DNA from: Actinomycetota bacterium
GTDB lineage: Bacteria; Actinomycetota; Aquicultoria; UBA3085; Oleimmundimicrobiaceae
Direction: 5' to 3'
Length of the DNA stretch: 63,117 nt
Assembly (NCBI GenBank): GCA_011046085.1
Contig: DSBK01000051.1
Span: 1-63,117 of the forward strand
Shown here one piece after another: positions 38,777-48,060 of the stretch (position 1 is its first letter; each line of letters opens with the position of its first letter). The notes below the pieces were generated by a model. The model worked only from the letters and a program-made list of their open reading frames with translations. It searched no databases and was not told the origin of the DNA. The position numbers and the translations under genes were made by a program.

Positions 38777-39316
38777 ATGCAAAATAAAAGTTCCCAAGGC
38801 AGGGGTTTATTTAGTTTTTTATGGGAAACACTGCTCCTTATAGTTGCGGCCTTTTTAATCGCCGCTATCATAAAGATATTTATTGTTCAGCCCTTTTATA
38901 TTCCTTCAGAGTCCATGATGCCCACGTTAAAACCTGGAGATAGATTGTTAGTAAATAAATTTATTTATCGTTTTAACAAGCCCAAGCCCGGCGACATAGT
39001 TGTTTTTTTATCTCCGACTGATTCGAAAAAAGATTATATTAAAAGAGTAATAGCCGTTGGAGATGAGGAGATTGAAATTAATGATGGGCAGGTCTTTATC
39101 AACAATGAACCCATTAAAGAATCTTATGCTGAAAAAGATGGCGACATGAGTGATTTTGGACCAATTAAAATTCCAAAAGGCTCTGTATTTATGATGGGAG
39201 ACAACAGAGCAAATAGCAGCGATAGCAGAGTTTTTGGCCCAGTTAAAACAAAATTTATATTAGGGAGTGCCTTTGCCACTTATTGGCCGATTAACAGAGT
39301 AAATTTAATCCATTAA
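38777..39316 (+). CDS. lepB: Signal peptidase I
   Basis: One TM helix, Ser box IPSESMMPTL, Lys box YIKRVI and GDNRANSSDSR. Confidence 0.96.
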   Translation: MQNKSSQGRGLFSFLWETLLLIVAAFLIAAIIKIFIVQPFYIPSESMMPTLKPGDRLLVNKFIYRFNKPKPGDIVVFLSPTDSKKDYIKRVIAVGDEEIEINDGQVFINNEPIKESYAEKDGDMSDFGPIKIPKGSVFMMGDNRANSSDSRVFGPVKTKFILGSAFATYWPINRVNLIH

Positions 39317-39353
39317 TAAAAAATCCCAAGCTTGTAAGGATTGGGATTTTTTA
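39317..39353. terminator. Intrinsic terminator after lepB
   Basis: TAAAAAATCCCAA...TTGGGATTTTTTA 13-bp inverted repeat. Confidence 0.8.
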
Positions 39354-39423
39354 TTTGCTTCCTTTATTAGAAGGACGTTTGGTTCTTATATCGAAATATT
39401 TCAATCATGAATATCTCTAAAGG

Positions 39424-40113
39424 ATGAGCAAAAATATGCAACTTTTACAGAATAAAAAGTCCGGAAAAGAAATAAAATTGAACCTTGGGGAACTCTCCAA
39501 ATTCGAAAATCTTTTGCGTGAAGAGGGTTTTTCATTAATAGCGGGGGTAGACGAAGCAGGAAGAGGATCATTAGCTGGGCCGCTGGTGGCAGCCGCGGTT
39601 ATTTTGCCAAAAGAGATTAATATGCCTAATCTGAAAGAAAGCAAGCAGGTCTCACCCAAAAAAAGGCTCAAACTTTTTAAAGAGATAAAAGATGCGGCGA
39701 TAGCTTTAAGTATCGTTATTATACAACCAAAAGATATCGATGAATTCGGTGTTCATAAGGCAAACTTAAAAGCGCTTGGGCAAACTTTTTTGGAATTAAA
39801 TCCTCAACCTGATTTTTGTTTGGTCGATGGCTTTTCTCCAACCGGGCTTGATAAACCTTTTTTAGCGCTGAAGAAAGGTGATGAGAGGAGTATTTCTATT
39901 GCTGCGGCCTCGATAATTGCCAAAGTAACCAGGGATGAGCTGATGATTGAATTTCATAACGAGTATCCAAATTACGGATTTAAACATCACAAGGGTTATG
40001 GAACAAAAGAACATATTGAAAAGCTTATGAGTTTTGGACCCTGCAAGCTTCATAGGACATCTTTCTCGCCGGTTCAGCAAGCGTTAAGGAAGAGCGAAAA
40101 GGTGATCGTTTGA
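39424..40113 (+). CDS. rnhB: Ribonuclease HII
   Basis: AGVDEAGRGSLAGP, LVDG, KGDERSISIAAASIIAKVTRD, KGYGT and HRTSF motifs. Confidence 0.96.
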   Translation: MSKNMQLLQNKKSGKEIKLNLGELSKFENLLREEGFSLIAGVDEAGRGSLAGPLVAAAVILPKEINMPNLKESKQVSPKKRLKLFKEIKDAAIALSIVIIQPKDIDEFGVHKANLKALGQTFLELNPQPDFCLVDGFSPTGLDKPFLALKKGDERSISIAAASIIAKVTRDELMIEFHNEYPNYGFKHHKGYGTKEHIEKLMSFGPCKLHRTSFSPVQQALRKSEKVIV

Positions 40114-40454
40114 GCAGTCTTGGCAACAAAGGAGAAGGGCTGGCCTGCAGGTATCTTAAACGCAATGGTTATCAAATAGTGAAAAACAATTATCGGTGTA
40201 GAATTGGCGAAATAGATATCATTGCGAAAAAAGATGAGTGCTTAGTTTTTGTTGAAGTTAAAACTCGTTTAAATAAAGAATTTGGCGAGCCCTTTGAATC
40301 TGTGACCAGTTATAAACAAGAGCGCCTGCGGCGCTTGGCCGAGATTTATGTTGCTTCGCAAATTAAAGAGCAATTGCCATGTCGTTTTGATATTGTTTCA
40401 ATCTTGTTTGAAAAGGGAAAACCGGTTATTCATCATATAGAAAATGCTTTTTAA
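40110..40454 (+). CDS. YraN/UPF0102 family endonuclease-like protein
   Basis: GEIDIIA, VFVEVKTR and RFDIV motifs. Confidence 0.94.
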   Translation: MSSLGNKGEGLACRYLKRNGYQIVKNNYRCRIGEIDIIAKKDECLVFVEVKTRLNKEFGEPFESVTSYKQERLRRLAEIYVASQIKEQLPCRFDIVSILFEKGKPVIHHIENAF

Positions 40455-40468
40455 AGAAAGGAGTTTCC

Positions 40469-42013
40469 TTGCTTGCAAAAATTGAAAGCTGCTCGATTTT
40501 AGGAATGGAAGCATTTTTGGTTGAAGTTGAGGTTGATATTTCAAATGGATTACCTGCCTTTAATATTGTCGGACTGCCTGATGCAGCTATTCAAGAATCA
40601 CGCGAGAGGGTAAGATCCGGCATATCAAATTCGGAATTTGAATTTCCCTTAAAAAGAATAACAGTAAATTTAGCCCCTGCGGACCTTCGAAAAGAAGGGC
40701 CTTCTTTTGATCTTCCCGTCGCTGTGGGAATTTTGGCCGCCACCAAGCAAATTTCACGAGACATGTTATCTGATTATCTATTTGTCGGCGAACTTTCACT
40801 TACGGGAGAAATTAGGCCTGTTAATGGTGTTTTACCGATGGCGCTTCGCGCAAAGGAGAGCAAAAAAAAGGGCTTTATTGTGCCCAAAGAAAATGCAAGC
40901 GAGGCCGCCCTGATTGGTGGATTAAAAATCATTCCAGCATCATCGCTAAGTGAAATTGTTAAATTTTTCTCTGGTGAAAAGGAAATTGAGCCAATCACTG
41001 AAGATATAAAAAGATTATTTATGAACAACACTGTAAGCGATAATATTAATTTTTGTGATATTAAAGGTCAAGAGCATGCAAAGCGTGCCATTGAGGTTGC
41101 TGCTGCCGGGGGACACAATTTGTTGATGGTTGGCCCGCCTGGTTCCGGAAAAACGATGCTGGCAAGACGGATGCCCTCCATCTTGCCAGATATGACTTTT
41201 GAGGAAGCCATAGAAACAACAAAAATTTATAGCATTGCAGGAATGTTGCCATCCAAAGTCGCCCTAGTAACCTCGCGCTCCTTCAGAGCTCCCCATCACA
41301 CAATTTCTACAGCCGGGTTAGTGGGCGGGGGTCAACATCCTCGTCCTGGAGAGATAAGTTTGAGCCATAATGGAGTTTTGTTTTTGGACGAGTTTCCCGA
41401 GTTCACCAAGAGTGCTCTCGAAGTTCTGCGTCAACCCTTGGAGGACGGAATCGTGACAATTTCGCGCGCATCGTCCACGTCAACTTTTCCGGCAAGATTT
41501 ATGCTAGTTGCGGCGATGAATCCATGTAGATGCGGATACTTAGGAGACAAAATCAAAGAATGTGTCTGTGTGCCATCCAGCATAAGACAGTATAAAAGCA
41601 AAATATCCGGTCCCCTTTTAGATAGAATCGACATTCAAGTTGAGGTCCCTCGTCTTACAAAAAAAGAACTTGTTGGAGTATCATCAGGAGAATCTTCGGA
41701 GACGATAAAAGAACGTGTCCAACGCGCAAGAGATCGTCAACAAAAAAATATTGGTGACAGCAATCTTTCTTGTAATGCTCAAATGAGCCCACGTCTGTTG
41801 AAAAAATATTGTAAACTTTCTGATTCTGCACAAAATTTTTTAGAGAATGCCATCGACAAACTGGGATTAAGCGGTAGAGCGTATGATAAAGTATTGAGGA
41901 TAAGTAAAACGATAGCGGATTTGGGCGAGCGGGACTTAATCGAGGTTGAGCATCTGGCGGAAGCCATACAATACAGGTGTTCTAATAATTCAAACAATTA
42001 TTACAATTTTTAA
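40469..42013 (+). CDS. comM: YifB/ComM family Mg-chelatase-like AAA+ ATPase
   Basis: IVGLPD, NLAPADLRKEG, GPPGSGKT, RAPHH, HNGVLFLDEFPEF, MNPCRCG and SGPLLDRID motifs. Confidence 0.93.
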   Translation: MLAKIESCSILGMEAFLVEVEVDISNGLPAFNIVGLPDAAIQESRERVRSGISNSEFEFPLKRITVNLAPADLRKEGPSFDLPVAVGILAATKQISRDMLSDYLFVGELSLTGEIRPVNGVLPMALRAKESKKKGFIVPKENASEAALIGGLKIIPASSLSEIVKFFSGEKEIEPITEDIKRLFMNNTVSDNINFCDIKGQEHAKRAIEVAAAGGHNLLMVGPPGSGKTMLARRMPSILPDMTFEEAIETTKIYSIAGMLPSKVALVTSRSFRAPHHTISTAGLVGGGQHPRPGEISLSHNGVLFLDEFPEFTKSALEVLRQPLEDGIVTISRASSTSTFPARFMLVAAMNPCRCGYLGDKIKECVCVPSSIRQYKSKISGPLLDRIDIQVEVPRLTKKELVGVSSGESSETIKERVQRARDRQQKNIGDSNLSCNAQMSPRLLKKYCKLSDSAQNFLENAIDKLGLSGRAYDKVLRISKTIADLGERDLIEVEHLAEAIQYRCSNNSNNYYNF

Positions 42014-42036
42014 GTCGATCTAGAAAGTGGATAGAA

Positions 42037-43113
42037 ATGGATAAGAGGTTTTGGCTGGGATTAAAGCTTATCCCGGTTCTAGACAAAAAGATTAAAACCA
42101 TAACGGATTCATTTGAGTCAGCTGAAAGAATTTGGCTTGCGGACAGAAATGGTTTGTCAAAAATTGATGGCATAGCAATCAACGAGGTAGATGAAATAAT
42201 AACTCGGAGAAATAATATCGATTTAGAGCGGTGGTGGCAAAGATATAAAAATATTGGAATCAATATTTTAACTATTTTCGATGATGATTATCCCCCGTTG
42301 CTAAGAGAAATAACCAATCCGCCGACTGTTCTTTTTTTTAAAGGTGATTTGATATTGAATTATTCAAACGCGGTGGCCATTGTTGGTTCACGGCTCGCAT
42401 CTATTCACGGAAGCATCATTGCCGAGGAGCTAGCATCTGAGCTTTCCAAAGAAGGTGTAACGGTGGTTAGCGGTGTTGCGCGAGGAATAGATGGTTCAGC
42501 GCACAAAGGCGCCATGCGAGGCCAAGGTGGCACGATTGGTGTGCTTGGATGTAGTCTAGATGTCATCTATCCACCTGAAAATAAAAAGCTTTATGGAGAA
42601 ATTTGTAAACATGGAAGTTTGGTGTCTGAATATCCGATCACAACCAAGCCCTTAAAATGGAATTTTCCTGCTCGGAACAGAATAATAAGTGGATTGACTA
42701 AAGGGGTTGTAATAGTAGAGGCTTCCGAAAAAAGCGGAGCCTTAATAACCGCCGATTTTGCCTTAGAGCAGGGGAGAGAAGTTTGTGCTGTTCCTGGAAA
42801 CCCAAAAAACAAATTGAGCAAGGGCCCGCACAAATTATTAAAAAGTGGCGCTTATTTGGTTGAGGACGCTGGTGATATTTTAGACGTCTTGGGTTTAATT
42901 GGGCACTCGGAAAAGAAGAAAGAAAGTTCTGTAGAAATTTCTTTAGATGAACAGAGGGTTCTTAATTTTATCGATTGGGAACTTAAACACGTCGATGAAA
43001 TAACAAGAGAATTGAATGTTAGCTCCTCTGATGCAGCAATTTTATTGACAATCCTAGAAATAAAAGGACTTATTAAACAGGATATTGGAAAAAGGTATCT
43101 TAGAATCCATTAA
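42037..43113 (+). CDS. dprA: DNA-processing protein DprA
   Basis: AIVGSR, VSGVARGIDG, FPARNRIISGL, VEASEKSGALITA and C-terminal winged helix. Confidence 0.95.
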   Translation: MDKRFWLGLKLIPVLDKKIKTITDSFESAERIWLADRNGLSKIDGIAINEVDEIITRRNNIDLERWWQRYKNIGINILTIFDDDYPPLLREITNPPTVLFFKGDLILNYSNAVAIVGSRLASIHGSIIAEELASELSKEGVTVVSGVARGIDGSAHKGAMRGQGGTIGVLGCSLDVIYPPENKKLYGEICKHGSLVSEYPITTKPLKWNFPARNRIISGLTKGVVIVEASEKSGALITADFALEQGREVCAVPGNPKNKLSKGPHKLLKSGAYLVEDAGDILDVLGLIGHSEKKKESSVEISLDEQRVLNFIDWELKHVDEITRELNVSSSDAAILLTILEIKGLIKQDIGKRYLRIH

Positions 43114-43130
43114 CCTGGAAGGCGAGAATT

Positions 43131-44015
43131 ATGGAAGAGCTGGTTAAAAAGTTTTTACAATATCTTTTTGCAGAAAGGAATATGTCGAAACATACGATAA
43201 AAGCGTATAATTGCGATCTTGAACAATTTATCGATTACTCAAAAAGGTGTGATTGTCAGATTGAAAAAGTAAACTACCTCTACCTGAGACGTTACTTGGC
43301 ATATCTTCAAACTATAGGTTATACAAGAGCAAGCATTGCAAGAAAACTTACCGCCGTTCGTTCTTTTTTTGGATTTCTTCAAAGAGAGGATTTGATGGAT
43401 TCCAATCCAGCGCCTTTAATTTCTTTTCCAAAACTAGAGAAGAGACTTCCGAAGGCGGTGCGAATAGGGATGATAGATGCTCTTTTAAATTCACCGGATA
43501 CAAGTAGCGCAAACGGGCAGAGAGATAGGGCATTATTAGAAATTCTGTATGGAACGGGGATTCGGGTTGGTGAGCTGGTGCAATTAAATTTAGAAGATAT
43601 TAACTTTGCGCAACAAGAGGTCAGAGTTTTCGGTAAAGGCAACAAGGAAAGGGTGGTTCCCATCAACCAAGAAGCATTAGGGTCTGTTAAAAATTATCTT
43701 TTAAGGAGAAAAAAAAGTTATTTAAAAGACAAAGATGGGTCGGCGTTGTTCTTAAATAATCAGGGGGGAAGATTAACAGACGGATCTGTCAGGCGAATTA
43801 TAAAAAAATATGTTAGACAAGCTGGCATCGAAACAGGAATAACTCCCCATGTATTAAGACACACTTTTGCCACGCATCTGTTAGAAGCTGGCGCGGACTT
43901 GCGCTCGATACAAGAACTTCTTGGTCACGTTGATTTATCATCAACTCAAATTTATACTCAGTTAAGTAGGGCCAGATTAAAAAAGATTTATTTGCAGACA
44001 CATCCGAGGGCTTAA
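43131..44015 (+). CDS. xerC: Tyrosine recombinase XerC/XerD-type
   Basis: Catalytic R (TGIRVGEL), GKGNKER, HVLRH, LLGH and Y (TQIYT). Housekeeping position after dprA. Confidence 0.88.
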   Translation: MEELVKKFLQYLFAERNMSKHTIKAYNCDLEQFIDYSKRCDCQIEKVNYLYLRRYLAYLQTIGYTRASIARKLTAVRSFFGFLQREDLMDSNPAPLISFPKLEKRLPKAVRIGMIDALLNSPDTSSANGQRDRALLEILYGTGIRVGELVQLNLEDINFAQQEVRVFGKGNKERVVPINQEALGSVKNYLLRRKKSYLKDKDGSALFLNNQGGRLTDGSVRRIIKKYVRQAGIETGITPHVLRHTFATHLLEAGADLRSIQELLGHVDLSSTQIYTQLSRARLKKIYLQTHPRA

Positions 44016-44032
44016 TCTTTAAGCGGAGGGGC

Positions 44033-44830
44033 ATGTTGATAAAAGAAGAGTCAGCTCTCAAGAAAATATGGTTTGAGTATCAAAAAGAAAGGTCTCGGGA
44101 GATTAGAGACAAACTTGTTCTTAATTACGCACCTTTGGTTAAATATGTTGCTGGACGAGTTTCGATTGGTTTGCCTCGCAATATTGAAAAGGCCGACCTT
44201 ATAAGTTATGGCATGTTTGGGCTCATTGATGCCATTAAAAAATTTGATCCCTCAAAGAACATAAAATTTGAAACATATGCGATTTCCCGTATAAGGGGCT
44301 CCATAATTGACGAGATACGCTCAATGGATTGGGTTCCTCGTTCAGTTAGGAGAAAGGAAAAACAGCTTGAGAAAGCGTATGTTGAGCTTGAGAACAAATT
44401 TAAGCGCACCCCAACGGACGAAGAGATTGCGGAGAAAATGGAAATCTCAATTAAAGAATTACAAAATCTTTACAACCAGTTAAGCTACACCTCTCAAGTC
44501 GCCTTGGAGGAATTCTGGAATATGGGCAGCTCGCCAGACGATCAGATAAGTTTGCTTGATACAATCAAAGACACAAAGGGCTACGAGCCATCAAAGGTTT
44601 TTGAGCGTGAAGAAATTAAAGAAATTCTGGCAAAAGCAATTGACAATCTCCCCAAGAGAGAAAAGATGGTAGTAGCTTTATATTATTACGAAGGTTTAAC
44701 TCTAAAAGAGATAGGCGAGGTTCTCAGTGTTACGGAGTCGAGAATATCTCAGCTTCACACAAAAGCTGCTTTGCGATTGAAGGCTCACTTAAAAGAAAAT
44801 GTATCGGAGTTTTTGGAGGTTAAAAAATAA
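44033..44830 (+). CDS. whiG: FliA/WhiG family sigma factor, WhiG-like
   Basis: PLVKYVAGRVSIGLP, DLISYGMFGLIDAI, RIRGSIIDEIRSMDWVPRSVR and LSVTESRISQLH. Position after dprA-xerC matches actinobacterial whiG. Confidence 0.85.
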   Translation: MLIKEESALKKIWFEYQKERSREIRDKLVLNYAPLVKYVAGRVSIGLPRNIEKADLISYGMFGLIDAIKKFDPSKNIKFETYAISRIRGSIIDEIRSMDWVPRSVRRKEKQLEKAYVELENKFKRTPTDEEIAEKMEISIKELQNLYNQLSYTSQVALEEFWNMGSSPDDQISLLDTIKDTKGYEPSKVFEREEIKEILAKAIDNLPKREKMVVALYYYEGLTLKEIGEVLSVTESRISQLHTKAALRLKAHLKENVSEFLEVKK

Positions 44831-44874
44831 CATATCTTTAAAAACTCATAAAATGGTCACAATATAAGGTAACT

Positions 44875-44903
44875 TTGACTTATTGTCAGAAATTTGATAA
44901 TTT
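44875..44903 (+). promoter_or_regulatory. Putative sigma70-type promoter of metK
   Basis: TTGACT, 17-nt spacer, TAATTT with TGn extension, just upstream of the SAM aptamer. Confidence 0.55.
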
Positions 44904-44916
44904 TAATTGATTATTA

Positions 44917-45025
44917 CTCACTTATCCGGAGAGGTGGAGGGACTGGCCCTAAGAAACCTCAGCAACCTGCCTAGAAAATGGGCGTGGTGCTAATTCCTAC
45001 GGAGGAAGTCTGAAAGATAAGGGAG
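44917..45025 (+). promoter_or_regulatory. SAM-I riboswitch (S-box)
   Basis: CTTATC...GAGAGGTGGAGGGACTGGCCC...GAAACCTCAGCAACC...GGTGCTAATTCC...GAAAGATAAG. P1 is CTCACTTATC/GATAAGGGAG. Upstream of metK. Confidence 0.96.
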
Positions 45026-45043
45026 GGTAAATACAGATAATGT

Positions 45044-45077
45044 AAACCCTCTTTTCTTTTGAAAAGAGGGTTTTTTT
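45044..45077 (+). terminator. Attenuator terminator of the SAM riboswitch
   Basis: AAACCCTCTTTTC-TTTT-GAAAAGAGGGTTT-TTTT. The left arm can alternatively pair with GAGGGT at the 3' side of P1 (antiterminator). Confidence 0.9.
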
Positions 45078-45099
45078 AAAATCACAAGGAGGGTTTAAA

Positions 45100-46302
45100 T
45101 TGAGAAAGAGAAGTTATTTTTTTACGTCAGAATCCGTAACAGAGGGGCATCCCGACAAGTTGGCAGATCAAATTTCGGATGCCATCCTCGATTCCATTAT
45201 TGCCAAGGATCCCATGGCCAGAGTGGCTTGTGAAACGTTCTTAACAACAGGTCTGGCTGTTATCGGTGGTGAGATTACAACAAAGACATATGTTGAAATT
45301 CCTGGCATCGTGAGAAAAACAATCAAAGAAGTGGGTTATACGAGAGCGAAGTATGGATTCGATGGAGATACTTGTGGCGTTATAGTGTCGATAGATCCTC
45401 AATCTCCAGATATTGCGCAGGGAGTTGCTTGTGCATATGAAGAGAGGACGGGAGAGAGCAGTGAAGATGAAATGGATAAAATCGGGGCAGGAGACCAGGG
45501 CATGATGGTTGGTTACGCCTGCACAGAAACATCTGAACTTATGCCGATGCCCATCATGTTTGCTCATAAACTAGCGCATCGACTAGCAGAGGTTAGAAAA
45601 TCTAAAATCTTAACCTATTTGAGGCCGGACGGGAAAACCCAGGTAACCATGGAGTATGAAGACCATAAACCTGTTGCGGTTAAAACAATAATTATTTCTT
45701 CTCAGCATAAGGGTGAAGTTGATGTCGATACAATTTTAAAACCAGACTTGATTGAACACGTTATAAAACCAATTATACCTGAAGATTATATTGATTATGA
45801 CAAGGCAAATATTTTAGTAAATCCTACAGGTAAATTTGAAAAAGGTGGTCCATCGGCAGACACTGGTTTGACTGGACGAAAAATCATCGTTGATACTTAC
45901 GGAGGAGCTGCTCGAACTGGTGGAGGATGTTTTTCCGGCAAAGATCCAACCAAGGTGGATAGATCCGCTCATTATGCCGCACGCCATGTAGCAAAGAATG
46001 TTGTTGCTGCGGGACTTGCGGATAGATGTGAAGTGCAATTAGCATATGCTATCGGTGTTGCCCATCCGGTATCCATAATGGCTGAATGTTTTGGAACAGA
46101 AAAGATTGACCCTAATAAAATTGAGGATTTGATAAACGGATGTTTTGATTTGCGGCCAGGAGCAATAATTAAAAAATTCGATTTAAGAAGACCAATTTAC
46201 AAAAAAACGGCATGTTACGGTCATTTTGGCCGAAACGACAAGGATTTTACGTGGGAAAAGACTGATATGGCCGAGATTCTTCGGAAAGAAGCGCGCCTGT
46301 AA
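45100..46302 (+). CDS. metK: S-adenosylmethionine synthetase
   Basis: [47 protein letters not shown] and YGHFGR motifs. Confidence 0.98.
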   Translation: MRKRSYFFTSESVTEGHPDKLADQISDAILDSIIAKDPMARVACETFLTTGLAVIGGEITTKTYVEIPGIVRKTIKEVGYTRAKYGFDGDTCGVIVSIDPQSPDIAQGVACAYEERTGESSEDEMDKIGAGDQGMMVGYACTETSELMPMPIMFAHKLAHRLAEVRKSKILTYLRPDGKTQVTMEYEDHKPVAVKTIIISSQHKGEVDVDTILKPDLIEHVIKPIIPEDYIDYDKANILVNPTGKFEKGGPSADTGLTGRKIIVDTYGGAARTGGGCFSGKDPTKVDRSAHYAARHVAKNVVAAGLADRCEVQLAYAIGVAHPVSIMAECFGTEKIDPNKIEDLINGCFDLRPGAIIKKFDLRRPIYKKTACYGHFGRNDKDFTWEKTDMAEILRKEARL

Positions 46303-46394
46303 GTTGCAAAGATTTTGATAACAAGGAATTCATCGAAGTTTTAATGTGTACACGGGGGAGTCGGCTTAAAAAGAATTGATGGTTTCATGATTTA

Positions 46395-46808
46395 ATGCGA
46401 TTATTTAACTTAAAAGAAATCGCTAGAAGAAAATTCAAAAGGAGCGCCAAAGTGTTTAAACGGAAAGGTAAAAGTTTAAAAAAGAACGGTGTGGCGATAG
46501 ATTCTTTTGTTTCAGGACACGTGCGGCCAGGACTTTTTCAACGCGAAAGACAAGAATATGCCCAGCTTAAAAAGTATCTTAAAATCTTAAAGAGGATTTT
46601 GGAAGATAAATTAAAAACTGACAGGGTGGTCGAGAAGACATATGAGAGATTGAAAAGATATTACAACAGAAAAGGGAAGATTCTTTTTAAACTAAATTTC
46701 TGCGAGCTCAATATGTTTTTAAAATGTTTAAAGAGCGCTGATTCTAAAGATTGCGAGAAATTAGCTGCTATAATTGAGATTCAGTCAAAACAATCATCAC
46801 CTGAATAA
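46395..46808 (+). CDS. Hypothetical Lys/Arg-rich protein
   Basis: 137-aa open frame filling the gap after metK. Very basic, no recognised motif, weak RBS. Confidence 0.5.
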   Translation: MRLFNLKEIARRKFKRSAKVFKRKGKSLKKNGVAIDSFVSGHVRPGLFQRERQEYAQLKKYLKILKRILEDKLKTDRVVEKTYERLKRYYNRKGKILFKLNFCELNMFLKCLKSADSKDCEKLAAIIEIQSKQSSPE

Positions 46809-46860
46809 TTAATGTTTTTTAAAGATCGGATCATTTGAAATCAAACTTTGGGAGTTTTAA

Positions 46861-47247
46861 ATGAATATTTCTGAGAAACTTTTTGGCTCAAAAGTACGAG
46901 CTAAAATACTGGAGGTCATATTCTCAAACGCAGAAATTAAATATTATGGAAGACTTCTCCAAAAAACCACAGGTTTAGATCATAAGGCAATATGGAAAGA
47001 ACTAAATTTTCTTGAAAAAATCGGGTTCCTTGCTTCGGAAAGTGATGGTAGATTAAAGAGGTATCGAATCGTGCCCTTCCCGGGCTCGGAAGATCTGGCA
47101 AAGTTTATACTTAAATCGAATAAGAAGATGGGGATAACAAAAAAGCGCTTACGCGGAAAGCCAAAAAAGATAAAAAATGATGCTCATCAATACAAAAAAT
47201 CACTTGAAAAAGCAAAGCAATTGATGCTTGAGTTGGATGGGCTTTAG
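46861..47247 (+). CDS. Winged helix-turn-helix protein with basic C-terminal tail
   Basis: LFGSKVRAKIL...YYGRLL...AIWKELNFLEKIGFL...GRLKRY resembles the wHTH found N-terminal to minimal nucleotidyltransferases. RBS GGGAG. Confidence 0.7.
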   Translation: MNISEKLFGSKVRAKILEVIFSNAEIKYYGRLLQKTTGLDHKAIWKELNFLEKIGFLASESDGRLKRYRIVPFPGSEDLAKFILKSNKKMGITKKRLRGKPKKIKNDAHQYKKSLEKAKQLMLELDGL

Positions 47248-47268
47248 CCAAAAGAGTAGGGAGGAATT

Positions 47269-48060
47269 TTGACTCCAAAAATAGCGCTTATCGGTGGAAG
47301 CGGCATCTACGAGTTAAAAAATTTACAACAAGCAAGAGAAGAAAAATTGAATACACCCTTTGGGGAAATTATTTTTTATAGCGGCAAATGGGGCGGAAAA
47401 GACATAATCTTTCTGCCACGGCACGGGAAAGATCACAAAATACCACCTAATAAAATAAATTATAGGGGAAATATTTATGCCCTTAAATTCATTGGCATAG
47501 AAAGAATCTTATCGACCTCTGCTACCGGGAGTTTAAACCCGCAAATAAAGGTGGGCAGTTTTGTAATTATAGACCAGTTTATAGACTTTACAAAAGATAG
47601 ACCCCCAGCTTTATTTACCGAAGGCGACGTAATTCATATAGATATGTCTGAACCATATTGTCCCGAATTACGTAATATTCTCATATCTGTTTCTGATGAG
47701 TTGAGATTTAGTTTTTACCCAAAAGGAACATATATATGCACCGAAGGACCGAGGTTTGAAACGCCCGCTGAAATAAAAGCATTTAAGGTGATGGGCGCCG
47801 ATCTTGTAGGTATGACAAACGTTCCAGAAGTAGTTTTTGCAAGGGAGGCGGGAATTTGTTATGCAAGTGTGGCAATCGTAACCAATATGGCTGCAGGAAT
47901 TAAAGGAGGTAATCTCACATCGACCGAAGTATCCCAAAAGATGAAAGAGGCGGCCCAAGAAATAACGGAACTTTTTCTAAACGCTATAAAAGAAATCCCA
48001 AATAAAAGAGGATGTGTTTGTGGAAGTGTTTTAAAAGATTCTAAAATGAAACCCCTTTAA
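47269..48060 (+). CDS. MTAP/PNP-family phosphorylase, probably 5'-methylthioinosine phosphorylase
   Basis: IGGSG, LPRHG, NYRGN, DQFID, EGPRFET and GMT motifs. Base-specificity loop VTNMAAG has Asn (6-oxopurine type). Confidence 0.85.
   Translation: MTPKIALIGGSGIYELKNLQQAREEKLNTPFGEIIFYSGKWGGKDIIFLPRHGKDHKIPPNKINYRGNIYALKFIGIERILSTSATGSLNPQIKVGSFVIIDQFIDFTKDRPPALFTEGDVIHIDMSEPYCPELRNILISVSDELRFSFYPKGTYICTEGPRFETPAEIKAFKVMGADLVGMTNVPEVVFAREAGICYASVAIVTNMAAGIKGGNLTSTEVSQKMKEAAQEITELFLNAIKEIPNKRGCVCGSVLKDSKMKPL

Noticed and set aside
42037-43113. DprA with a PRTase elsewhere in the window as a ShosTA-like defence pair
   Set aside because: DprA lies in the standard yraN-comM-dprA competence cluster, and hpt is a canonical HPRT 41 kb away.
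43131-44015. Tyrosine recombinase as a phage or island integrase
   Set aside because: Xer-sized, at the conserved dprA-xerC position, with no adjacent tRNA, att-like repeats or mobile cargo.
46303-46394. Possible tRNA or ncRNA after metK (GTGTACAC palindrome, G-rich patch)
   Set aside because: No cloverleaf, T-loop consensus or extended stem could be built.
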